NCBI GenBank assembly: GCA_002633005.1 | Contig: NMRA01000082.1 | Location: 596,576 to 660,575, forward strand | Reading direction: 5' to 3' | Origin: Phoronis australis | Lineage: Eukaryota > Animalia > Phoronida | Length of the DNA: 64,000 nucleotides | Part shown: positions 14,201 through 27,600 of the stretch, in pieces | Layout: each line of letters begins with the position of its first letter | Numbering within the stretch: position 1 is the stretch's first letter | Notes under the pieces: generated by a model | The model's database searches: none | Seen by the model: the letters and a program-made list of their open reading frames with translations, nothing else | What the model was told of the DNA's origin: nothing | Position numbers and translations under genes: made by a program

Positions 14201-17200
14201 TAAAGCTAACTTGTCTGCAGTTATGCAACTGCTGGATCGAAATTTATTTCGGTCACAGAAAAAATTACTATGGGTTGTTTTATCGATCACCTTTTCGGTC
14301 ACCAACTGTAAGAAACTCTACTTCAAAGCCCTAGCCGGTCAGTCGGCGTTAGCATAATCATAAATATAAATGGTGATTTTAATGCCCGGAACTCTACATT
14401 CTACATGGTATCATGATGACAATACGGCCGGATTACAATAGTTTGCTATCTTATTGTCTAATGACTGCATAGAGCTAATTAATGAACCAACCCGACGTTT
14501 CTCTCTCATGTATTGATCTCTGCATAACAAACAGTTTGAGTATCATTAACTCATGTTCTGTACTGCCTCCTGTTGGCAATTGTGACCACCACTCAATCGA
14601 AACCACTCTAACACCTAAAAAAAGAACAACACACCACACGAACCATTTGGAAATATGATCAATTCGACACCAATAAATTACGTCAGGATATCACTTACAC
14701 TGACTGGGATTCCATGTTGGGCACTGGCTACATTGATGACACTGTTTCACTCTTCACTAGTCGTCTCTATGAAATCAAAAAAACAGCATCCCATCCACCG
14801 TGAAGATAACTAAACACTTCAGCCAACCGTGGTCCAACAATAATATTAAACGGGCAATCCGCACAAGAAACAGACTTTGCAGCTCTTTCAAAAGACCTAA
14901 CAACACTGTAATCTACAACAGATACAAGGAGCAGTCACACACGGCAGTAAATCAAGCCAAAGCTGATCACCGCCACAAGATTTTTCAACAAATTAACAGT
15001 GCAAGCAAGAACTCAAACGAATACTGGAACATCATCAATAAAATACGCGGCAGTCAACAACAATCCTCTTATCCAGTCATCAACCGCAATGGTAACCAAG
15101 CCTCAAGTAGCAGTGACAAGTGTTACCTTTTTCTCAAAAATTTCACGAACAAAAGCCACATTACACCAGCTGAAGTAGGTAACTTGCGCTTTCATTGTGA
15201 ACGTTGTCTCAATCAACTGTATGATATCCCGGATAATCAAAATGGTGTCAGGAAGTATCTCAATGAAATTGAACCAAATAAGAATGATGGCACAGCTTTA
15301 ATCACCAGCAAGATGATCAAAATGATTGCCAACGAAATTACCACGCCCCAGACCAATCTGTTTAACAAACTTCATCAGCTAGGTATATATCCGTCTTCTT
15401 GGAAACATGGAATTATGGTCCCTATACACAAAAAGACTCCAAAACTGAAATTTCAAATTATCGCACTATAACCTTACTTAACACGTTATCCAAAATCTTC
15501 GAGAAGATCATTGCTCTAAGTATTCTTACATTTCTCAAAATAACTTGATCTATCATCGTCAATTTGTTTTTTTTTTGCGTGGGAACAGCACCGTGACAAA
15601 CCTTGTTGAAATAGTACATGAGATTCATTTAAATTTTGAGAAGGACGAGAGTGTCAGGTCCATTTTTCTAGATATAGCTTCTGCTTTTGACTTTGTCCCT
15701 CATGACCTTCTACTTCACAAACTTCGATCCTTTGGCATTACTGGGAATCTTTTAAACATTATCACCTCATATGTCTCCGATCGTACATACAGTATTCGTG
15801 TCGACGGCGTACTTTCAACTTCATCCCGCAGGTGTACCGCAGCGTAGCGTATTGGGCCCTCTTCTCTTCTTGGTTTACATTAACGGCCTTCCTGATAACC
15901 TGTCATGTAGCTCACCAGAAAAAAACGTTGAACTCACCTTGTCCAAATTCATTAATGTTGACCCGTCTTATGACCTTAAACTTAATGATGAAATAATTCG
16001 TAGAAAACAGTCGCACAGACATTTTGGTATACTGTTAGATGAAAGACTCTCATCCACACCTAACGTTCGGAAACTCGTACAAAAACTCAGAGACTAATTA
16101 ACCCATTTAAGCTTTTCTCTCGTCCTCTGAATTCTACACATTTTTGTTCAAATCCTTTATACTTTCACACATCGATTATTGTGATATTATATATCAGTCT
16201 GCCAATACTTGTGCACTCCAACATTTGGAGAAATTACAGTATCAAGCTGCCTTTCTCATAACCGGAGCTTACAGAAGATCCAATAGCGTTAAGGTTTTGA
16301 ATAGTCTCACGTTGCCCAAACTGTCTACTCGACACGATATTCACATGACCACATTTATTTTCAAAGTAATAAACAATGTCAAAAACGCCTCTGTCGAAAA
16401 AAATATTTGATCTATACAATAGACAAGGCCATCGTAGTGATTTGAGATCCTCCACCCCATATGCAATTCCTCCGTCGTTCAGTCAAGCATTCAGAAGGTC
16501 TACAGTTATGATGTGTATCAACAATTGGAATTCTCTTCCAGTCTCTGTTAAGGAGAGCAACTAGTTTACAAGTATAAACAATAATTTCAGAACAACACCC
16601 TTGACTCAATTCTCCCTTCCCCGCGATAACTAAATAGCCTTGTACAGATCAAGATGTGGTCATTCATCAATTCCGACAAGCTTAGACACAACTTAAGTAA
16701 TGTCTATCCAAACTGTAAAACAATGTAGTGACCATCAATCTTATCCTCATATTTTCTTCAAATGTTCCCTCATTGAATACCCGAGAGACTCACTCTTTCG
16801 TGCACTCAGTGAAAACCAATCAATAGCGGATTTGCAGCGCAGACGAATTACGCATTGCGCATGTGCGAGTTACTTCCTTCGCGAAGGCTCATGGGATAGC
16901 TTGTGGTCAGGCATGTCATGAGCAGGCTGGATACTGTGTGCATTTGGAGTGATTTGCAAACTAACAACCATGTTTCATTTTTTTGCTTTATAATACCAAG
17001 CAAGTCCTTTCTCTCGTTTGTAAACACAGCGTAGCTATGATCAGTGACCGTGTGACCGAGGGCACGACTGTCATCATGTTCATCGGCGTTGATTTCGAAA
17101 TCTCCTCCGGTTTCAGACAAGTTGAGAGTTCTTGGGTTGCTTAACTTTTGTAGCTTTCGCCGTGGATATGCTAGAGACGTTAATTTTAAGAGGAAACTCC

Positions 17201-18637
17201 GTCCGAATGTTGTTCTCATAAGTCTTTTTTCCACCAGGAAAATGTTCGCTGCACACACGATGGCCCCTAGGCAATTACATCGCACTGGATGCCGCAGGCA
17301 TTCAGGGGCGATAGCACATCCTCACAAAAAGTTACTCATTTCAAAATACAGCAAATAAAATCAAATGAACCATACATATAGGAACACGGAGTTATAATTA
17401 ACACATACCACGACTTTGGATACAATTTAGTCAGCAAAACTTGAACAAATCGATGAAAATCTGTCGCGGTTTGCTCGAGTTTCTCTCAGTTACCGGGTGC
17501 CATTTTGAGGAAGTTACGTGAAATTACGCATGTTGACGAATAAAAAGTCCAAGGGACACACATCTTACAAGTTTCACCCGATACCTTCTCATGCTATTTT
17601 ACAAGTGTCGCGCGCTAGCGTCACGCGCTTCGCTCAGTCTCGCGCTAACCTTTGCCTAACTCACGTGATTCAGTTGACATGCTTTGTGGTTATCGCGCAC
17701 GCGGTGATAAAATTAACGGCAACCAAAAAAGTGAAGTTGTAATTCTTCACCAAAGTCAACTTAATTCTCACAACTAAGCTTCATCAAAGATATGTGTAGA
17801 AGTAGAAAGGACCAATGATGAAAGTAAGTGTTTTTTAAAGTTTTAATTGTAGATTGTATTTTTGACGAGGTGAAAACTCGAAATCGGTATCCCAAATCCG
17901 GTCACGGCCAGTTTAAAATACACTGTAGTAACGAAATGAATACAGAAAGCGAATGGAAGTATTGTAGCCCCTATATGGCCAACCGAGGGGCTACGTGTTG
18001 CCTACTAGATGGCCCTGCGTTGGTTTGAATGCGCTAAATCTCCCCTTACTCCTAGCTCTTCTAATGTTGTTTATCCATTTTTCACGAAGTTCTTGGTTTG
18101 CAAGGAACACACAAAAACTCAGATTTTTATCTCTCTTGTTGTTTTTGAAGCAGCCAGGAACACAACAGGTGTATCCGCCGTAAGTTTTCTTCGCGCTCAT
18201 ACCGCGTATTATGCTTGATACTATGGCCGCTTTCGGAATCCTGACCACAGCACCCGCAATGCACCATATTAACCTAATTTCAATATGGCGTCGCTGCAAA
18301 TCCGCTATTGTTAAAGCTCTCAATTACATTATTATTAAACAGTAGTCCCAACCTTGATCATGTTTTCAATGGATTCCTCCTAAGCAACGTTAGCAAATTT
18401 TTATGTACCGTTTATAAATATTGTAGCTTCTGATTTCCAAACAAGAATCTGTACATGTTTTTGTTTTTATATGTTCTCAATAGCATATCTAAATATTTGA
18501 ATATTTATATTAGATACTACTTAAATGTATGTACCTCTATGTATATTAGTTTCATCTATGAATTGTCTTCAACACAGATATAATGCTACACGATTTCTGG
18601 ATTTGTCATTATTTCTTTGAATGTTCTGTGTATTCTT

Positions 18638-18690
<53 letters not shown>

Positions 18691-21600
18691 TTTAAAAAAA
18701 TGTAAGCTGAACTGCAGTGTGTTTTTGAGGTAATGTTCTAGTTGCAGAAATTACAGAAAAATAGTCTCACTTGTTACAGTTACCTTGATCACATTCGTCC
18801 TTCTAAAGGCCACCGGGTTATCAACCAAGTCAATGAGTGAAGCGCTACGTTCCTGGAACACCAAGCTCTACAAAGGTTTAGTTAAAGTATTCGACGATAA
18901 CGGCGACGTTGTTTGCACCATCGTCACGCAAGAACCAAACATCCTTCCAGAGATTATCGACCCTGCAGTTATAGACAAACGTGGGTTTCGTTAACGTTGC
19001 GAAACACGCTTACATTCCTGGTACCACTGGGCGAAACTTGTTATAAAAAGCGAATCCGTTGTCGTTGGGACTTTGTTGGGGCCTGTATTGAGACGAGAGA
19101 ACTCACAACTCCTGTCGTGTTTCCTCCGATATTTTTGCCCTTCGACCCGTTGTCTTGACCATTAATGCCACACAGTTCATTCTTATTATGGCAGTTTGAA
19201 ATGGTGCAGAATTATGCTCATGTAGTAGTATATCTGTGTATTGAGTCAAAAAATCTACAAAATTGTAGACTTCCTCTTGGAATTGTATATATTTCCGTAA
19301 AGTAGAAAGCCTGTAAGATTTGTTGTTGAATTTTCAACAGAATTAGAATAAGTCAGGTTTTTTTCTACGTAGACGCAGGTTTTTAGCGTCCGGTGCTAAC
19401 ACCTTTCGATGCAACGATAGACTGATGGCTGGTTCGAGTAAATCAATTTATTAATCTCAACGGTACGTTCACAAGCCTACTCAAACAAAACATCCTACAT
19501 AATGTCCGTTTCTATGCTCCATCAATTGCTGCGAATCCTTGATTTGTGATGAACTCATGAGACACTTTAGCAACTGTCACACTCGTTGGTTCAATAAGCT
19601 GTTGTCACTATGTAATGTAGCCGTCTCTTTATTGACTAGTGTCGTGCAGTAGTAGTAGTATTTATTTATTATAGTGACAAGTACAATTAAATCAAACAGT
19701 TATAGGTTTAGCATTCGTAAAAAAGATTAATACCCAGCCCAGTTGGGCTTATTAGTCACTTTAACCACACAACTCAGATGTAGGTCTACCATAGATGCGC
19801 CGATTTCTAAGTTCAAAAGTAGAATTGACAAATTTGGCAAATTGCCTAGGGAAATATAGAATAGCAGTTTAACGTATCTAATATACTGAAATCTGCAAAG
19901 TTCGGGATTTGAAGTGAAACATTATTAAACAGAATAGACCTCTGTGGGTTATAAAGAGAACAATCAAAGACAAAATGTAGCTCATCCTCCACAGAACCAG
20001 AATCACAACACAAGCAAAGTTTTTCACTTACAGGAGTGTTTACATGTACATAACGACCAGTTTGTAAGTGCACTGGGAGATTTCCTGCTCTAAGCTGAGC
20101 CAGAAGGGAACGCTTGCAAGGAGATAGAATAATATTTACGTACGGCTCAGTTAAAAACTCGTGCTTAAATAAAATGTATGTTATTAACTTGGGTTTTGAT
20201 TCAACAGATTCAGTTCAATCATTTTTCGCATATTCAAATAGTTTATTTCTTGCGTCTACTATGTTACAAGTAGTCAAATTTTGAAAACAGGGTTTCATGT
20301 AAATTATGTTGAACAAATTTCTGATTCAGTCTATCCAACTCTTTCTACCAACAGGCTAGTCATATAGAAACACCTTGTTCAGTAACTTATCACCACCTTT
20401 GGTTACTATTTTTTTCCAAAGACGTAGCATATTCAATTTAAATCTATTTCCGGTGGAGTCCCACCCCATATCGCCACTAACAGCATGGGGTGGCTGTAAA
20501 TCGGTTGACCCCTAAATAAAAACGGATAGCTCTGTTTTGAATATTTTCATCATTACCAAAATTTTTGTAACACAAATAGATGGCTCGTACTTCAAAACTG
20601 GTGCCACATACGAATTAAATAATGTTTTAAACGTTTCGAATCCTAAATTCTTGTTATCACGGAATGTTGAGCATATCTTTCCTAACGCTCTACCACACTC
20701 TTCAGGTAACGTATTCAAATTTTGCTTGAAGTCAAGGTGTTGATCCAGAATACAGCCTAAATATTTGTATGAGGATTTAGAACTGAAAATCAATTCAAAA
20801 TAGCCTCTAGGCACAGACTTAGGTCGAAAATGGACAACATTAGTTTTTGCCATAATTACTGATTCTCTTCCTTGATACTGACTTTAATTGAACTTCAGCT
20901 CCAACTTAACTCACTTAAGTAGTCTCGGTATTTGTAGTCGCTTGCAGTCATCTGGAACTGTTCACCAATTAAAGACAATTCTGGAATCAGTCCAATCACT
21001 CTACCAACATATACTAGGCTCTACAATGTTCCAGACTACATTGGTCACTAGCATACACGTACTGGACACTTTTAGAATGTTCCCCAATATTATGTTGTAA
21101 CCAAAGTACATCATTCCTGTCCTGATCTCATTGAGCGTGCCAACATATAACCTATTAAACCGAGACCAGTGTCAGTCGACTCCTGACAGAATCAGTATCA
21201 GAAATGTTCATTTTACATGCGTGTGGGCCTTGGCTTCATAATACAGCTTACGCTACAACTTAAAAATGATAAAAGTTCCACTCTTAGCATTGCATTTGCT
21301 GTTAAAAATAACGCTAGGCTGTTACATGTAGTTCAAAAAGATCTCTACGCACATCATCGAGAACAGGCCATTCACCTTAAAACGAATCTCGTTGTCAATT
21401 TGACCAGTATTGCTGCATATTGTAACACTAAAGTAGAAATCTATGAGGCTTACTCTTCTATCCCTATTAGATGCCTGTTTTTACAAAAATTTTCTAAGCG
21501 CGCTAAATTTTCGTAGACAAGCAATTGCAGTGTCTCCAATCAACACGAGATGGTCCGAAAAATCAACCACACAGTCAGCATTAGCACAGATTCCTCTGTC

Positions 21601-24600
21601 ACCATGTTCTTTAAATCAGTTAACAAACCACTGACAAACATAGAAACTAGCAATGTTCTTAGACTGCATTCGTTCCTGACATCGGTTTTGCAACTAGAAT
21701 TCGTAGTCATATGACAGCGTAATTTAACAGAAGACTCAACATCGTGGTAAATTTTGTGCAGTATCTTGTACATTTTGCACGCACGCATAAAGCGAAGGGA
21801 AGCCGTAACGCTGTCAAATGCTTTGTTGAAATCAACGCATACACACTGAACGTTTCCTCATACTTTTGTTAAGTATTTCAGAATCAAGCTTTGAAGTGCA
21901 AGTGTTGTCTTGTGTTAAATATCCTGCGCGTAAAGTAGCTTGTTTCCCTAATTATTTAAACTCACGTAATCCTATTTCTTTTAATAAAATCCGGGAAAAC
22001 GGAAAGGTAAATTCACAGCAAAACAACGAAATCAATCCCACAGCATATTTCTTTTGTTTTAAAAATTCAGGGTAGAACCTCAAAACACTCTTTTAGTTTT
22101 CTTAATCATCATTCTGTCTTGGTGACCTTTGATTTTTGTTTTCACACAGACAAAAAAGTCCAAAATTTCGATAGCTTCTCACGCAAAATGGAACATTTCA
22201 AAAACAACAACATTTTAGAGAAGAATGGATGATATTTCGAAGTCAATCAAATTTGGGAATTTTACTAGGTCCTACGTAAATTGAAAGGGACAGTATAATG
22301 GACAAAAGAAAGTGATTTCCGAATCTCCCTTAGCTCGCAGCCCAAACTGGAATCACCGCAGTTGCAGTATGATGCTCTGCTGACTGAGCTAAATCTCACG
22401 CAACATTGCTTAAATTTAATGTCAGTGCACGTCGTAATGTACAACGGATTAGTTAGGAATTCCATTGTCATTACAGAATTAAACCACAACCCACTGTCTG
22501 TATTATTTATTGAATCATGCATAGTCTAAAAAGACCGAAAAACGTGTTTTTTGCCCACAAGTATGACGTATAACAACGTTAGTATGAGTTCCTATGAATA
22601 ATAAAGATACAATAAGATATCCAATAAACTTAACGGTCGTGTGTCTTTCATTTAGTTGCTAAAGTGAAAACGTCGTTCACTGTGAAGTGCGACGCTGTTG
22701 GGACGAAAGAACTGAGAGGCTTCGTCAGGAAATCGTTATCAAAAGCTCTTGAAGTTGCTGAAACGCGACTGAATCCGATCGAGACATCGAGCAAGGGTGA
22801 CGGTAAGCCTAGGATTTTGAAAGTGCATCGTTTCATTGCAATATACGTACATGTATGCCCTGCCCATGTTAAAGAACTTAAAACCATCATTTACATTGCA
22901 CATTTTTGACAAGGCCTTACAACGCTTTGCATCGATGAGCTTAGTACGCATTCCTGCAGTTGGAAAACACGCCTTCCTCAGCCTATATTTCGAAAATGCC
23001 CCAGTCTTCTTAATTTGCTCGAGTTTGGTATGTAAGCTTTCAGATCGTTATTCCATACACGTTAACAGGATCACTGCACTGCGCATGTGAAGATTCAACT
23101 TCTATATTCACCAGTAATTTCTACCTATTTACGCTTCATTCAACCTACTGTTGTGTTTTTTACCGTTTTGTTGATGCGAACAGTAACTGCATGTACGCAA
23201 GACTATTGATTCCTGGAATGCTCCCTTTTCAGTGCACCACGTGTCGGTGACTATTTTACCACCCACTGCTTTTTCAAAGAAGAAATCGAGCAAATTTGTT
23301 GAGGAATTGACTAGCCTATTGTTCTACGGAGAACTGGTGATAAAAGACAAGTTCACGAAAGTCTGTGAAACGGATCAGGGAATCATCACTGTTGAACCTG
23401 TTGGACCGGATCCAGGAAACGTAAAAGAAGGTCAGATTTTGAGCAAAGTGTAACTGCAAGCGTGTTTGATTGTGACGTCAGGATAGTTTACATTTGGTCG
23501 AGTGTATTCGAAAATGATAACTTAGAACATATCAAACGTCCCACTAATTATTGAGGCAAATTGTCTGAAGTGTATTTTGCTGCAATCTTCATGCTTTTGA
23601 TTCGTCTAGAAAAATGCAATTTACTTTTTATTCGTCTACAAAAATTATGGTTAGATATAATCGGCGTTGCGTCCGCCCGTCATACATAAAGCCGAAATTT
23701 GTCAAATGCAAAACAAGATGGAATCGCCTCGCATTTGCGAACAATAGTGCCAGCGCGGCCCGGGTGGGAATTGGCTTCATGTCCCCAGCTCATTGGTGAA
23801 AAGCTTTTTCCGACCAAATCTAACTGTAATTTCGCATTTCCGTGTTCTTTGAAAAGTGCCCCAGGTTGAAAATTACTTGAATTCACCTCCTGAAAAGCGT
23901 TGCATATGCACACATCGACTGATACATGTACACCTGAAGCACACTAAGAAATAATAATGTTTAGGAACTGAATTGCCGGGTAGAGTGATTACGAAGGCAC
24001 CGGCCGAAGATACAATGGATAGAACCACGTAATGAGCATAATAAGGCCTGGGGCACATCATCTTAGAAGCAGTTGGCTTGGAGATTGAAATGACTCATGG
24101 TTTAAAGACGGCCTCCTCTTTAAACTGGGATTGTTGGCACTGCAATCGATTTTTCCTTAGAAAATACAGTTTCCGTTAACACTCAAAGCCAATTCAGCAT
24201 TGCAGTGAATCCAAACATTCTTAAATTGAGGATATTCTTTTTGATAGCCAAACAGCAAATATCAGATCGTGTAATTTGATGAAGAACTAATATTATATTT
24301 TTTTCTTTAAATTTTAGCGTTTAATTTAATATTTTCAATTAAAATGCTTACGATATATCAAGTAACACAAACGTTGAATCAATGTAATGCAAGTTGTTAA
24401 AACGTTTATTTATAACATCGAGAATTAAACCAGTGTCATCATTGTATTTAATGGTGATTTCAGAAAACAACGTGCCTTTAATTCAGACTTACGAACTATT
24501 CGTAAATAGTTTATTTAAACTAACGGGCGACAAGTTGGCAATAACTTCAATAAGTACAAGTGTATCGAATACTTCCAGACTTAACTGCCAGGCCACTGTT

Positions 24601-27600
24601 ATAAACTCAAAAAGTGATCTTAAATTTGCACATTTTTGCGAAAAGTAAGCTGACAAGATGCATCTTATGAAAGCACAGTATCACGCCTTATTATCTTCAT
24701 ATTATATTCTATGTCGGGTTTGCACACGTAACTGAACGACTTTCATGGAAACGTGTAAACACTTGGACTCAATAAAATACACCGATTTTGAGATTTCTCC
24801 AGGGTAGTCTCGTGATAACCCACCTGCGGCCCACGACTTTAATTGTATACCTTAAATTTAACATCTGAACTCCAATCCAAACTTTACTTTGATAGCTTAA
24901 GTTATACAGTGAACATAGCATAATTAAATGCCTGTATGTACTCCGCTAATCTAAACTGCAAACTGGACTTCGAATTCGAGACTTCAAATTAAAGGTCCGC
25001 TTATACAAACCTAAACTATATGAATTAAAATGTCGTGAATGAGCAAGCTACAGTCTTAAAAAAGGTAAAAAATAAACCACGTTGATTTTTGAGTCACGAA
25101 CGTGAATTTCAAACAATAGTCCGGTTCAATTTGCTCTTGGTTTGACATGCGCAGACGTGAACTTCACGTGAACGGGGACCATTATGCCCACAGACGATGA
25201 CGTCAATGTTGATGGCTAGTTCCACACAATGTCATGTGACTAAAATGTGATTCTGTTTTAGGAAAAGATAACAAAGTAGTTATTTCACTGGAGTGCGATT
25301 CCAAGGCATTCGACAGCAAAGAACAACTCGCCACCGACGCACTTGTAGAAACCATGCGTGTACACAGAGACAGGATAAAAGAGTTGAAGTTTCACGGAAG
25401 TGGCGCAAGTAAGTCTGTGTCCATTCCATATTATTGCATTGTCGATTTGCTTGATGCACTTGACTCAAATGTATACAACACCGTTTAAACACCAACATAA
25501 AAAGAGATGTTGCTTATTTTTAGTAGCAGACGCTACATGTGTGAACGGAGGCGGTTTCGAAGTGATGTGTTGACGTCTCCATGGGTGGACGGGTATCGTG
25601 GCAGGTTGCACGATATGGCCGAGATCAAGCCGTGCATTCTTTGAAATGAATAATTTGACAATGATGTATCTGCAATGGCTTCACCTTTTTCGTCACGGTC
25701 ACCAACATATTCTCCATTATAGGCTATTAAAAACCATATCATGTACTTGGACAATAGTCTTGTTGCAAGCAAACACGTTACCAGGAGGGGCGGGGTCTAA
25801 ACGTTGCAATGAATAGGAAATTCGCATTTTTGTGTTCTGTTTTGCTTTTTGCCATCTCAATGTAGGTGTCTATTATTCCTTGATCGAGTGTGTCACGAGT
25901 TTTGGATATGACTTGCTCAGTAGTCCAAATTTGCACTTTGTGACCCCTATGATCGTGCAACAAACTCGAGCCAAAAGTCGAAATATCAGTTGCTGGAAAT
26001 TTGGGTTCAGTCACGTTGTACTTGGGCCATCAAGTGTAAATTAGAATAACAAAGACACGAAATGCTAAGAATCATTTCGAGTTCTTTATCGAGTAGAGTT
26101 CCTGGGCCCAATTGTAATTTAAGGGGATCACGTGCCATATTCGTCGTGAGGGTGCAACTCCCGTATGTACAATGTACACGGTACCCTAGATGGCGCATAC
26201 ATTGCAGTACAGAGTCACCTGGGGTTCGATAAATTTCCGTACTCCGTGTCAGTACCTCCGCGTTCTTCAAACGATTGTTCCTGAGTATTGCAAACAAAAA
26301 TGTTTCCAATAGAAATAAAAAATCGGCTTGGCATATTTTTAGCCACGTGGGAGACGATTGGGTGTTTATTTTTATCTGGGCCATGGTAATCGCACGTGAT
26401 TGTAAGATCATTAACGACTGATAGGATGCTTTTTCCTGCGCTTGTTTGAGCCACTGATGAGAAGACTCTTAATTGTGAGCTACACATTGGAGCAATTGTG
26501 TAATCACTACGCATAGAGACACCAAACGTTACCCAGTTCATCAATTTTCTCGAGAAATTAGACATAGATACTCAAACTTATTAACAGTACAATCTGTTCT
26601 TGTATTCACCAAAACGTACTCAACCAAATGTCTCCAAAATCCAGAATAATTCCAGATGATAAATTCCGTGTAGCATCTAAGAAAACATGACCATATTGTT
26701 GCAATCAGTGCCTCAATGGCATATAATCACTGAGTACTCACAGGCATTGGACGACCAGCAAACCCGAGCTCCGGTTGAAAAAACAATTTCGTGAATAATT
26801 TGGAAGCTTCTGTGTTTATACAATACCGCAATATTTGCGAGCTTGTGGTATTGATTGCTAATCATGCGTATTTTTGTCATATCCTCTCTATTCAAAACGA
26901 ACTTGCCTTTTATCATCGTATCTTGTGTGTTAGCAGCAAGTTCCCTACCCTGTCCGGACGCTAGATGGCAGGAAAACTCGATCTGATTGTGTAACATCTC
27001 AGATACAGGGGCGTGGCTTAAATTTCCTTGGGAGGAGCAAATGCATAAATTGTCCATGAAACTAGGTTAAAAGTTACCTTCACACATGGGCAACCCCAAC
27101 AGTGTTAAATGACACGAGAGGCGCAGAGGTAGGGCCTAGTCATGTTTCGATTTTGCGGTAAATGATGAAATACGCCCTTTGGTTGGATGGCTAAAAGTTA
27201 GCTATACATGTATGACAGCGTTTTGTATTCATCTATGACGTTTAATACAGTGTCACATTCCCCGGGTTCTTTGCAGCCGTCACGCAAAAAATGGTTAAGT
27301 TGTGTGATAATATATTCTATTGATTCACATTTATCATTCAATGTCACATCAAGTTTGTTGTTTGCGTAGCTGTCGTGCCATCTAGCGTTCAGGAAGAGAA
27401 CCAGGCAGGGAACCAGCCAGGGCAGTGAATTTGCTGCTTATGTGTTAAATAAATTTCACAGCATTTTCTGGGTGAACTCTCAGTTAGAAAATACATGTTT
27501 GACGTGAAGTGTTCAGTAATTAGGGAATCTGATTTGAGTTTGGTTGTTACATGCCCACGAATATGCGCTACTTTGCACCTTGTAAAGCCAATTTGCTCGA

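Noticed and set aside
25533-26565. Cluster of minus-strand ORFs faintly recalling a Ulp1-like protease of transposon origin (LDQGIIDTY)
   Set aside because: Catalytic His and Cys motifs cannot be identified; too decayed to call.
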